A stretch of DNA of 62,892 nt, filler included, from Psammoneis japonica (Eukaryota): NCBI GenBank assembly GCA_008632985.1. It is 3 parts of 3 records of this genome, joined end to end, with 100 filler letters (N's around TTAATTAATTAA, not from the genome) between each part and the next. Parts side by side here need not be neighbours in the genome. Positions count along the whole stretch, not along the records: positions 1 to 23,816 come from QPGO01000433.1; 2 more parts are not named here. One strand, given 5' to 3'. Below are positions 1-11,849 of the stretch, one piece after another. Each line of letters begins with the position of its first letter. Position 1 is the stretch's first letter. Both the position numbers and the translations under genes were made by a program. A model generated the notes under the pieces. It was not told the origin of the DNA. It was given only the letters and a program-made list of their open reading frames with translations, and made no database searches.

Positions 1-504
1 GAAAACCACCATGAATCGACCACTAGTCTCAGCAGCGCAGCTTCGTCCATGGTGGCAGCAACCGCTCAAAGTTTTGCAAACACGTGGTTCGTGACAGATG
101 ATGATTGTTAAATACGCGACGCACATGCTATAGACTTCTAAATGACATCTAATCGTTACTAATGACAATCTGGCTACGCTGTTTCGTCATTTCACGCTGC
201 TGGCAAAAACGACCGTCGTCGCACAAAGGCGGCTCAGACAGTCATTAGGTAGTCACATGCCTCCTCAGACCTTTTCATTTTCCCCGCAGTGTCTGAAGCA
301 CTAGAAAGTCGTTCTTGGAGATGCGGTCTACGACTCGCACATGCATTGATGGAGCGATGGACACCTGTGGTGCCAAGGATGCGAACTGTGACAGAGACAG
401 ATGTGTTTGATTTGTGTTTAAGCAGGACACCCATTGCATCTAAAACAACTGACGACTCGGAACTTCACACACACTGCATCTAACAACACGTCCAGCAGCG
501 GGCG

Positions 505-960
505 CTGCTGGTTTGGTTGCCTCCGGTGTCGTCGCCACCACCGCCTCATCCGGTGTTGCCACCTTCAGCGTTGCCACCAGCTTGGTCACCTCCAGTGCTC
601 GGAACTTGTCGCACAGGACAGGCAAGCTCTTCTGCTCTCATCCAGTGTTGTTGCCACCTTCAGTGTTGCCACCAGTTTGGTTGCCTCCAGCATCGTTGCC
701 ACTGCCATCTCATCTGGCGATGCCACCGCACCTTGTGCACCACCGCCAGTTTGTTTGCATCCAGTGTTGTTGCCATTGCTGCCTCATCCAGCGCGGCCAC
801 ATCCAGCAGCGCCGCCACCGGTTTGGTTGCCTCTGGCATCATCACTGCTGCCATCTTGTCCATTGTTGCCACCTTCAGCATCATCACCGCCAGTTTGGTC
901 ACCTCCAGTGTCGTCACCACCGCCATCTTGTCCAGTGCACATGTCAACACTGCAGGGTTG
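505..960. repeat. Degenerate tandem repeat, probably decayed low-complexity coding sequence
   Basis: Recurring motifs GGTTTGGTTGCCTC, GTTGCCACCTTCAGC and GGTCACCTCCAGTG; minus frames read ATKP../ATLKVAT-like repeats. Confidence 0.65.
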
Positions 961-1099
961 CTGAGAACACTTTTTTTGTTCTCTCTTGTGCCCAGACATG
1001 GCCAGCAACAGCATTGCAGCCACATTGGCAGATTTGAGCAGTGGGAATGGGTGAAATGCTCAAAGCTGGCAGCGGCTCTGGCACAAGCAGCAGTGAAAG

Positions 1100-1335
1100 C
1101 AGCAGCACTGCCACTGGTGACAGAAGTGGTGGCACTGCTGCTGGTGGCAGATGTGGCAACATTGCTGCTGGCAGTGGATGTGGCAACACTGCTGCTGGCA
1201 GTGGATGTGGCAACACTGCCACTGGCAGCTGCAGCAGCAGAAGTGGTGGTGATGCCACTGCCACTGGAGTCAGAAGTGGCGATGCTGCAGGTGGTGTGGC
1301 TGGTGGCATGGCTGGTGGCGGCAGAAGTGGAGACA
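1100..1335. repeat. 27-bp minisatellite with degenerate flanking units
   Basis: GCAGTGGATGTGGCAACACTGCTGCTG-like units at 1144, 1171 and 1198. Confidence 0.75.
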
Positions 1336-2399
1336 AAGCTGGCTGCAGCAAAACATTGTGCTGGGTTTTTTGAGGAAATTTGCCAGCTTTGCCAGCTTGG
1401 TCCAGTCTGGGTCAAGTCTGACTCACTTGGGTGCTTCACTCTCACGGCCAAGAAAGCAGCACCTGGTTGGATGTCCTGCCTGGCTCTTGCAAACAAATGA
1501 ACCGTTCATTGCAAAAATGCAAAACAAATGGGCACAGCTGGTGTCTGCCTTGCCACCAAGCAGTGTGTTTTGTCATCGCACGACAATGAGCAGCAGCAGC
1601 AGAGGTTGACTGGGTGTGTTCAATCCCAGCAACACACACGCTCTTGAGGTCGGCCCAAGAAGGTTCATGCCCATTTTGGCAATGGGGACACACTCTCTGG
1701 GTCGATCCAAGGTTCGCACCAATTTTGGCAATGGTGGGGAGCTTTCTGTTTTTCCTGTGCACCATTTTTGAGTGTGTTGTTCAACTTCTGGTCTGAGCTC
1801 CTTCTTGCCAAGATGTTGGGTTTGTGGTGAAATTGGAGAGGTGCTGCCATTTTGTTTGTGGAACTCCACAATGGCAGCAAAAAACAACCCATGAGTGTGG
1901 CAGATTCTGGTTGACAAGGCAAGAACTTCTTCTTTTGTGCAGCCATTGAGCAGCAAATCAAGGTGAAACAACAAAGGGTTGCCCACCAAAACAAAGCACA
2001 TCAGAGCTCAAATTCATGTGCAAGCTGGGGCAATTCCCAAAGGTTTGAAGTGGCATGCTGTTGGCTGACCCAGCTTGATGAGAGGTTGAAAAATTTATGT
2101 GGGACAAGGTGAGGAAGAAATCATGTCTTCAGCCGTGACTGCACGGTGTGCAGCCCATCTAATTTGGTGACGAAATGCCCAAATCTCAATGTGCTGATGC
2201 TGTGTTGCAGTGATGCTGTCAGTGCATGTGGTCAACATGCACCCAGAGATTCAATCTCATTGAAGTTGAAATCGGTCACATTTTTGCCACCTCGGAACAT
2301 GAATTCAAAGGCTTCTTTGTCCTTTGTCCATCTGCCTGATCATTCACAATTGTGAGTCCCAGGCCATTCTCCTGCATTAAAGTTGTCACAACCCACCTG

Positions 2400-3555
2400 A
2401 AAACTCACACTGCAGATGCCAATGACTGAAATCAACAACCAGCATCAGCTGATCAAGGGAAAAAGGAGATGGTGAGCGGCCTTGCAATCTCACTCACTTC
2501 GGGAAGACCAAAGGAGTCTTGACAACTCCACAGCATTTGAAATTCTGCAGTTTGCAAAAGATGAAATGGGAGTGCCTCAACTTGTGAAAGTTCCCTCCAG
2601 TCATTCATTGGAGAGGTGAGAGGACAACTTGACGTGGTTTTTGAGGACATTGATGCTGTTTTTGACATGTCGCCAGTCACCAGTCACTCACGCTGCACCA
2701 AGACCAGTGCTGTGATCTTGATTGCCCCCCCCCCCCCCCAGTGTTTCAACTGTGACTCCTGCAATCATGCTGATGAGAAAGATGCCATTGCCTTCCTGGA
2801 TGCTTTGCTGGGGGTCCAGATCTGATCAAAAAGCTGGCAATTTTGAGGTCATGGATTCCAGCTCATTCCCCCAGTTGCAGATGGCATTCACTGCTGCTGT
2901 GCTTTGCAGCCCATCCATCAAGCAGCTTGGCAAGATCAAATGGGATGACAAGAGCTCAGCCCACCCCAGTGTCCTGGACACAGAGAACACCCAACTGCTC
3001 CTCTGCTGCTCTCCAAGGGCTGCAAGACCAAGGCAAAAGAGCTGGGCACAGCTGGGCATTGTGTGCACATGGTTGCTCCAGCTCACCTGACTGCTGATGT
3101 CCCAGCTGCAGGTGGCACCAGAGAGAGTGGTGACCAGCCCAGGCACCGTTGTGCATGAAGAGAGACAGAGAAGTTGGGGACAAGCTGCTTTTGTTGGAGC
3201 AGCACTCAAGACCAAGGACAATGCCAAGTGCGCCACATGCAAGGCTGGTCTTGCCCGTGCTTGCTCTCTGCGCCAGCATCTCCAGCTGACATGACCACCT
3301 CAAGAGCCAGCCCATGCAGCCCCTGATGGCCCAGCTGTGCCTTTGACCCAGCCAATGCTGAACATGCTCATGCAGCAGCCATTGGCTGGCTGGTGCTCTT
3401 GCCAAGAAGACCCCCAGAGAGCATGCCACACCTTCTTTGTGACAGCCAACAAGCTTGGGCACTGGGCTGAAGACTGTCCTGACAAGGAGAGTGGCAGCAC
3501 TGGCACAGCAGCAATGGAGGCTCCTGCGTTCACTCTCCAAGCACTGAAAAGATGA
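2400..3555 (+). mobile_element. Possible decayed retroelement gag remnant
   Basis: Only a partial zinc-knuckle-like motif (NKLGHWAEDCP at about 3450-3480) inside the hypermutated domain; extent is a guess. Confidence 0.3.
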
Positions 3556-5159
3556 AAGAAGCAAGATGATTTGCAACAAAGCTTTTTCCTGACACTTCTT
3601 CTTTGCCAGAAATTTCCCAATCAAAAGACTTTGTGGTCACCCAACCAAGAGCATGATTTTGCATTTTTCACATTTGACTTTCTTGTTGTTCTTCTCCATT
3701 GTCACATTGCTCAAGAGTTTGGTGCCACTGTGGAGCATCTTTGTGCTCCTGGAGCTCATCTGTTCAAGTGCTGGTCATTGTGATGCTGAGTTCACAGTGC
3801 CAACAACCAACAACATTGCAACAAAAAATCATTGCACCACATTGTCACTTTCAAAAGAGGAGTTGTTGCATCCTTCCTGAATGTGGCACAATGTCAAGCA
3901 GCAACAGCAGCCATTGTGGCAAAGGCAAAGGTCACAGCAAAGGCCGGCATGACAGAAGTCATCGTGCTAAGAAATTGTTGTCACAGGTGGTTGCCACAGC
4001 AATGACAACCACCACACAGCCTGCTTGTGACAGCAAAGATGCCAAAAACATCCAACACAAAAGAGCAGTGGCCAAGGGAGGACTTAAAAACTGAGGCAAA
4101 GACACCAGTGGTCTCTGGCTCTGAGGAAGACATGCCCAAACATGACATTGCAAATGTTGATGTGCCAACTGACAGCAGCAGCATTGGATTGGCCTCAACC
4201 TTTGATGAGCACTCTCAAGATGAGGGTGAAGATGAGAGCACAAAGTGCAAAGCACGAATTTGAATTCCCCTGGAACGTCATTCGAGATGGGGTGGAAATC
4301 AACCTGTTGAGAGCAAAGAGAGAGCTTCAAATGAGCTCCTCAAAACAAAGCTTGAAGATCAGATGAGATGCATGCTGGACCATCTCAAAGCTGGCAAAGC
4401 GCAACTCACTGAATCAGAGGCAAAACATCTCCAGGTGTGCTCCACTGGGGGACGTCACCAAATCAAGCCCCAACCAGCCCGTTTGCCACCCATCACACAC
4501 TGCAAATCAGACCTTTTGAATGAGCCTCAAGGAAAGGAAGTGCTGGTGGCTGTGATTGCTGGTGCTCGTTGCCTTCAAGAAGAAGCCTTTGCATGCCACG
4601 TGAGAGCAGACAACTGCCACAAGGCTGGACAACTGCCTCTGGCTGCTGTGCAGAAAAAGGGGGTCTTGAGAATGAGGTGGTCTTGGAACACATCCAAGAT
4701 CTTGAAAACTTGATTGCAAACTTGACAGATGTCTCAGTGACTGCTCTGAGATGCTGAGCAACAACAAGCTCAAAGTGCTTTCACCCAAGGCCATGCAACT
4801 CAAGCCCTGCACTGGACAGTCTGCCAGCACTTGGTGCTTGTGGAAGAAAACAACAAACTGGCCCTCACATGAATGACCCTCAAAAGGTTCTTGGAAATGG
4901 AAGAAAAGAAGGAAAAGAGGCTCAAAAGAAGGAGTCTAAAGAGCTTGCAAATGCAATGATGGACACCAACAAAGCCCTTGGCAATGCCATCAAGAAGAGC
5001 AACAAGAACAACCCAGTGGATTGAGTGAATTGAAAGAAAGTGCAAGATTGAGAGCTGTGATGATGTGCTTGGAAATGCACTCACTGACAAGAAACTCAAG
5101 GAGCCAGTGATGAACATGAAGCATTGAGCTTTGGCAGTGTTTTTGTGTCTGCAATGTGT

Positions 5160-6200
5160 TTGCATTTGGTCGTCATTCATTGCCATTGATTGTTGCAACA
5201 TTCTTGGCAGCTGTGGAGCAACCTCTTTGTTGGCAAGTTTGGTGGGATGTCAAGTGATTGGCGCAGGAAACCGCCAACTCAGGTCTGCTCAAAGCATGCA
5301 AGCAAAAGTCACATCATTGGAAAGCCATTGTTCTGCAGATGTTGTCATTGCTGTCAATTGCTCCACAGCTTTTGATGGTTGTGGAGTCATGCCTGCTTCA
5401 TTGAATGCCAAGCAGAGCTTGTTGGAAGATGCGTTCCAGCCCTGGGCGGGACTCTGTGTGACACAGTGGGCCCATGGAACTCTGCGTGCAAGCTCCGCAG
5501 CACACAAGAATTCAATTGATGCATGTGTTTGTCTTCATCATCAAACAAACAACCAAGTTTGTGGTGCATTTGTGCCTGTCCACACTCAAAGGCTTTGAAC
5601 ATCCACCTGCCCTGCACCATTTTTAAGACATTTGAGAATGGTGCAGAAGAAAAAATGTTGAAAGTGGTTGAATGGACAGCCCAATGATTGCACAGCAAAA
5701 TGATGCAAAATTCCACCAAAGTCATGCAGGAACATTGACACACCACGCGATCCAAAAAAACTGCCGATGTCACAGTTCAGTGGTGTGAGGCCCCACCTGG
5801 CTGGAGCTGGAGTGCATTGGAGTGGAGCCCAGCCGGCATTTGGTCGCATCAGCGCCAACTCAGATCTGCTCAAGGCACAAAAACAAAGGCCACCTCATTG
5901 GGAATCTCTTGTCCTGCAGATGCTGTCATTGCCGTCAACTGCTTCATGACTCTTTGCACTTGTTGAGTTGCGCCTGCTTCATTGAATGGAAGCTGGTGTG
6001 TGGCATGGAGCCCAGCCAGCATTTTGGTGCATCAACACCAACTCAGATCTGCTCAAGGCTCCAGGACAACAAAAGTCACCTTGGTGGAAAGCTCTTGTTT
6101 TGCAGATGTTGTCATTGCCATTGATTGTTTCACAGCTCTCAGTGGCCATGGAGTTGCACCCACTTCATTGAACAGAAACTGGTGTGTGGCATGAAGGCCA
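5160..6200. repeat. About 185-bp degenerate tandem repeat (3+ units) interrupted by a MITE
   Basis: CCAACTCAG(G/A)TCTGCTCAA...TGCAGATG(T/C)TGTCATTGC...CTTCATTGAA recurs at about 5273, 5855 and 6039. Confidence 0.75.
5428..5818 (-). mobile_element. MITE family A, heavily TpA/CpG-mutated copy
   Basis: Starts GATGCGTTCCAG and ends CTGGAGTGCATT; body is the reverse complement of 43053-43442. Confidence 0.8.
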
Positions 6201-6225
6201 GCCACGTTTGGATGTGGGGACCCAT

Positions 6226-6622
6226 TGCAGCATGCATGCAGACAAAAGGTCATTTTTGTCACGCCCTTTGTGACATTTAAAGGCTGCAACACGTCGCCGT
6301 GATGCATTGACTCTTGTCAGCAGCTGTGTGTTGCACTCCTCCCCATGTGTCACGCATCCGTGCGGCTCTTTGCCAACGTGCACTGACACTGCACGGTTTT
6401 GGCGGAACAGTGTGGGTACGTGCGAAGGAACGTGCAGAACTGCACAGAGTTTTACGCGTTCGAAAGTGATCAACGTTGCTGCAGACAACTCCCACTCGGG
6501 TTTCGAACCCCTGGCCTCCTGCCCAGTGGTTACGATGTGCCACTCCGCTGTGAATTCACAACGCAGCATGCGTGCAGACAAAAGGTCATTTTTGTCACGC
6601 CCTTTGTGACATTTAAAGGCTG
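6226..6622 (-). mobile_element. tRNA-derived (Pol III A/B-box) element with about 88-bp direct repeats, copy 1, runs into gap
   Basis: Reverse complement of 33442-33869; the minus strand has CAGCGGAGTGG and GGTTCGAAACC; this copy retains several TA sites. Confidence 0.75.
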
Positions 6623-8825
6623 NNNNNNNNNNNNNNNNNNNNNNNNNNNNNNNNNNNNNNNNNNNNNNNNNNNNNNNNNNNNNNNNNNNNNNNNNNNNNN
6701 NNNNNNNNNNNNNNNNNNNNNNNNNNNNNNNNNNNNNNNNNNNNNNNNNNNNNNNNNNNNNNNNNNNNNNNNNNNNNNNNNNNNNNNNNNNNNNNNNNNN
6801 NNNNNNNNNNNNNNNNNNNNNNNNNNNNNNNNNNNNNNNNNNNNNNNGGCTCAACGCCAAGTGTGCCAGTGACTTGGCTGCCATTGCTTTGAGCACAAGT
6901 GAGCAAGTTAAAGAAAAACACTTGCGTGCCCCAAAGTGGGTCACACAAGTGTGCCCAGCTCCTTGGCCAGGGCCATTTTACAAAATGTGATGGGACTCAA
7001 ACAATCTGCATGGGAGAGCAGCTTGGTGGCCCAGTCTTGGAAGCTGTCTTCAATGCACAACCTTGGCTTCATGTCAGTGCCATCTTGAGCCACAGCCTCA
7101 GCTTGCTCTTGGGAACTCATGGCAGCAAGCTCAGCATTGGCGTGCGATGGATGAACAAAGTCAGAACATCCACAAGCTTTGTCAGTGGCAACAATGGCTG
7201 GCCTGTTGGGGTTGCCATTGGCTCTCACATCTGACGCCATTGTGGCATTTCAGAAGCTTCCAACACAGCTGCATCATGATGCCTGCACAAGAATGACGTT
7301 TGAAAACTGTGCTTTGCACTGTTGGCCTGCACCATTTGCTGCACCTTTGCACCACAGAATCCACAATGTCTGTTGCAGCAGGCTTGTTGCATCAAGTTCT
7401 GTTGTTCAGACCTGCTGCAACAGCAAAAACATGGTCTGCTTGTCTTGTTTTGCCAGGTCAAGTTGATTGCCAAGGCTTGCCATCTGTGAAAAAGAGCGCG
7501 CGGATCTCAGATCCAACACACGCTCAAATGATCTCACTCCATTCAGCAAGCAGCTCTCCTGCTGGTCTTTTGACCTGCTCAAAGACTTTCTTGTGTGCAA
7601 GAACATGCACCACACCCACTCGCTACAAACACACCAATGCATGTCACCCCCCAAGTGAAAATTTTGCTTGTTGGTTGTCGCTGCAAACCTGTCTTTTTTG
7701 GCTGGAAAATTGCAGTGGCATTTGTTGTGGCCACCTTGCTCTTGCTGCACATGGCTGTGACACAACTTTTTGCCACATTGTGCACTGGCAAGATGCAGAA
7801 AAGTCAAAAAGTGGACGAACTTCTGCTGAGTGCTGCCAGCCACCTGTGCCACTCTGGGGCAGCTGCAAAAGCTGTGCTGGGGGGCCATCTCTTGTTGGCA
7901 CAAATTTCACAAAGAAATTTGGTGTGGGTCAGGCACTTCAAAAAGCTGTTGAGCAAAGATGTGGGGGCAACTTTTGCAAAAAGTTGAGCCAGTTTTTTGA
8001 AAGCAGCTGGTGCTCCAACCCCACATGCAAGTGCGAAAAGTGTCGAATGCACTCAAGAAGTCATGAGGACCCTGCACGTGTGCTTTCAACACCACACTTG
8101 TGTTTTCACCAGATGTGCGGCCCTCCCTTGCAAGCACACACACGTTTTGTTTCTGCAGCGTACAACTTGCTGACCTGGACCTCGCCCGCGCATTTCTCGT
8201 CCTCATTGTTCACATGTGTCTGACAACATTTTTTTCATTCAACAGGGTCAGGAAAGCAGTGACCTGAACACCCCATTCAAATGACTTTTAACAACTTCAT
8301 TATTTAAGAAGTGCAGAAACCATCTGCATAATTGTTGTGCACAATTATTGTGATCTGTATGACTTAAGGGGTTCTCGAAATGCCAATCGACTGTAAATGG
8401 ATCTCCAAAGCTGAATAAGAGGTAATGTTGGACATATTCTGTGGAGATCTCCAGCCACATCATTATTCGTTTGTAAACAGCCCTTTTGTTTAAGAAGGAG
8501 AAAGTCATGTCGAAAACCCATTTAAATGTTCATCATCATTTAAAGTGGAAAACCCTTAAACATAATTTTCATTTATTAGTCGTCAATAGCCCAAGCAAAC
8601 CGCCATTCTTCGATTTCGGACATTTTTCAACTCACAAACCGCACGAAAATTCGAAAATGCGAAGGCCCTACTCTCCTACAAGAAGAGACGAAAGGCAAAA
8701 CACGACTACAAAACAAGAAAACGATAGATCATCAAGCAAGTGATACAAACCAAAAAGTCTACAAATAGATTCAGGAACATTTTTCATCAACCACTCTCCA
8801 TACCGTACGACTGTGGAACCGACAA

Positions 8826-10692
8826 ATGATGATCTTGTTTAGGCGCTGCACATTACTGTTCGTCGTGACATCCTTCACTTCTTCCTTAGCACAAAACGCG
8901 GCGAAGCCTAACTTCATCCTCATCATGACGGATGATCAGGGTATGGATGATTATGGCTTTCGCCAGCCGCCGCTGGAGACACCAAACATGGACAAGCTAA
9001 TGAAAGATGGGGTGCAATTCACTCGATTCTACACTGGAACCGCATGCGCTCCGACCCGGTCTCAGCTAATGACGGGAAGGAACTTTCTTCGCACGGGCAC
9101 AGTTGGAGTAGGTTTTGGAGGGGATGCACCACATCTGAACGAGTACATGCTTGGAGAAGCCCTTCAGGATGCTGGATATGTAACTGGCATGGTTGGCAAG
9201 TGGAATCTCGGCACCTCAGATGCTGAATTACCTCATCGACGCGGTTTCAACGAAACATGGGAAGTGACAGGTGAAGAAGCTCGTGACCGCGGCAAATACG
9301 AACATTTTAATGCCCCTTTTGCTCACAATGGTGTACCTCGTGGTATTGAGCCAGGCTGGCAGGTTGAGCACGTCACAGACAGAGCTCTCAGCTTCATTAG
9401 CCGCAACAAGGAAGAACCATTCTTTCTCTACATTCCTTATGTACAGCCTCATGAACCGTGGCTATGCCGAAAGGACCTCCAAGAAAAATACATTGGAAAA
9501 GGCATTGGAGAATCATATGCTATGCTCCTTGGTATGCTAGAGCAAATGGACGTCCAAGTTGGGCGGATTCTTGATGCGCTGGAGCAGCATCGGTCTCTCA
9601 AACAACACCATAGTCATCTATTATGGTGATAACGGTCCTACTCCAAAAACAAGGCTCCTTGCTCAGGACTCAGATGGTAACTTTATTAAAACTGGTGAAA
9701 GATATGAAATGAACGAGACAGAATGGGAGGCACGCAATCCGACAGGTTTGCGATCCAAGAAGGCAACCTGTTGGGAGAACGCTGTTCGCAACCGGCTCTC
9801 CTTTTATTGGCCGGCAAGACTTAACGCCAAAGTTGTCCAAGACATGACCATTGTATATGACATTTTTCCAACGTTGCTCCACTTGGCCGGACACTACGAA
9901 CAATACAAGAACAGAAGTGGTGTGCCACGCTTGGACGGCCAAAGTTTCCGGCGCTTGCTTTTTCAAGACAACCCCAGCTGGCCGCAAGACCGTGAGTACC
10001 TTCTTGCACAGACCGGAAAACCTCAGAAGCACCTAGCTGCCGATGGCTGGTACTACCGCTTCACTAAGGAGCATTCTTTTCAACTAGAAAAGGCGGAAAG
10101 CGCACTCGTTTCAGGTCAATGGGTGGTTGTAAACGAAAAAGGCACATGGGGTTTGTACGACCTTTCGAGTGATCCCGGTCAGGAGAATGACCTCAGAACG
10201 GTCGTGCCTGAGAAGTTTCGTCAAATGAAAGACAGATTATATTCTGTGGTGCAGGACGTAAGGCAGGAACCACACGCGTGGTCGGATCCAGTCCAAGTTA
10301 TTGGCCTTCCAGGCATTGAACAGCCATACTTGGAGATGTGTTATGCGTATCGTTACAAGGGTAGGAATAAAATCGATTGGTTCTATACGTTCTTCGAAGA
10401 GGTCGGGGCCGCTCAGGATCTGAAAGTTCGTGTACTCGGGTCCGGTAGGTACAATGTGATTCTTCGGGCAAATTGGCCTCCTGTGGGAACCAAGGTTAGG
10501 TTTCGTGTCGGAGAACAAAGAAAGATTTCCCTTCTCCAATCTCGCAAAAAGCTTCATAACCTTGGTACGTTTGACTTTGAAAAGGGCGACACATCCATTG
10601 GAATGACCATTGTTGAGTCGGGAGACCCTTCACGGCTTCATAGAATGGTTGTTTACAACCTGCTCTTGAACAAAGTGAGCGAAGAGACGTAG
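8826..10692 (+). CDS. Secreted arylsulfatase (formylglycine-dependent S1 family), copy 1; one frameshift near 9591
   Basis: Signal peptide; KPNFILIMTDDQG; CAPTRSQLMTGR (CxPxR); GKWNLG; GDNG; LYDLSSDPGQ. ORFs 8826-9629 and 9559-10692 join and align to copy 2. No introns seen. Confidence 0.93.
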
Positions 10693-11849
10693 TCATTTCG
10701 AGAGCAGTTAATTATTTTCACGTGCCATCAATCGTTGTATTCATGTGTCCTTCTATAATCAAAATATAAATACATGCATCGCATGGACGATTTTTAGGTC
10801 GCCCTCTTTGGTATCAGGGGTGATACACCTTGAACCTGGCTTGTCAATCGGCTTCATTCGTTCGGCTCACGGATCATACGGCGCTCTTACTTAATATTTG
10901 AGCAAGGCAATTGGAAATCAATGGCCAGGACGGTCGAGGAATCATCATGCCCTGCCTATTGCCTCTTCGCTACGCAATGACTGCACTGAAACACAACACG
11001 TTGTTTTAGGAGTGGATGAGATGAGGAATTCTCCAGGCTTTGTCTCGAGTTTCCTTTTGATGCCCATAAGTTCAACATCGAATGGACCATGCACTGGAAT
11101 GGTATAACCATATTTCAAAAGCTTGAGGTGTAATTGAAGATGTATTGCGAATGAACAGTGGAAAAGAACCCACAGGACTAAGAACGCAATTCAAGGTGCA
11201 CGAACTATTTTGGAAGCTCTTGAAAACTTGAACCAAACTCTGCAACTGGACGAGTCCAACAGAGATTCAAGCAATGATGAAATAGAACTCCTTGAATGTG
11301 GCAATGATGAGACACCAAGTGATGGCACCAGTGCAGCGGCTTGTCCGTCGCAAAATCAACAAGCCCCGGCATTTCACAATGCACATTAGCCCAACTCCTT
11401 GACACCACCACGCACTCTCGACTTGCCATTGCAGTGTGCTCGGTGCTCGTCACAATGACGACTCTAGTCACAGTTGGTGGAACACAGATGTGTCCTCTAA
11501 ACCGCGTAATACCTGCCAGGAAAGAAAATCAAGCAACAACAAGAAGAAGAGGTAAGCGCAGTGGCGACACTAGTAGGAAACGAAGTAGTCGTTCGTTGCA
11601 TGCGCTGCGGGCCATAGAATGCAGACGCCGACACCCAAGGCTCTAGGACAAGAGAATGCGAGTATTTTCAAAGTGATGTGAGCCCCCGAAACTCACAGCA
11701 TGCAGAGAACAGAAATCAAAGCACAAACGCACCAAAAGTGTCCACAGTTTTCCAAATCTCTTGACAACGACAATGATTGAAGAGGCGAAGCTATAAAGAA
11801 CGGAAGGGAACAGCGCTCGCTGTTTTCCAGAAGTCTAAATGGAACCGAC

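Larger units (their letters stand above)
330..8230. other. TpA-depleted (and CpG-depleted) repeat/pseudogene domain 1
   Basis: TA is very rare by eye and TG/CA are abundant; ORFs in all six frames are Cys/His/Gln-rich and nearly Tyr-free; normal TA content resumes at about 8250. Boundaries approximate. Confidence 0.85.

Noticed and set aside
517..1500. 327-aa and 278-aa ORFs as real genes
   Set aside because: Low-complexity repeats in TA-depleted DNA, open in several frames on both strands; no recognisable domain.
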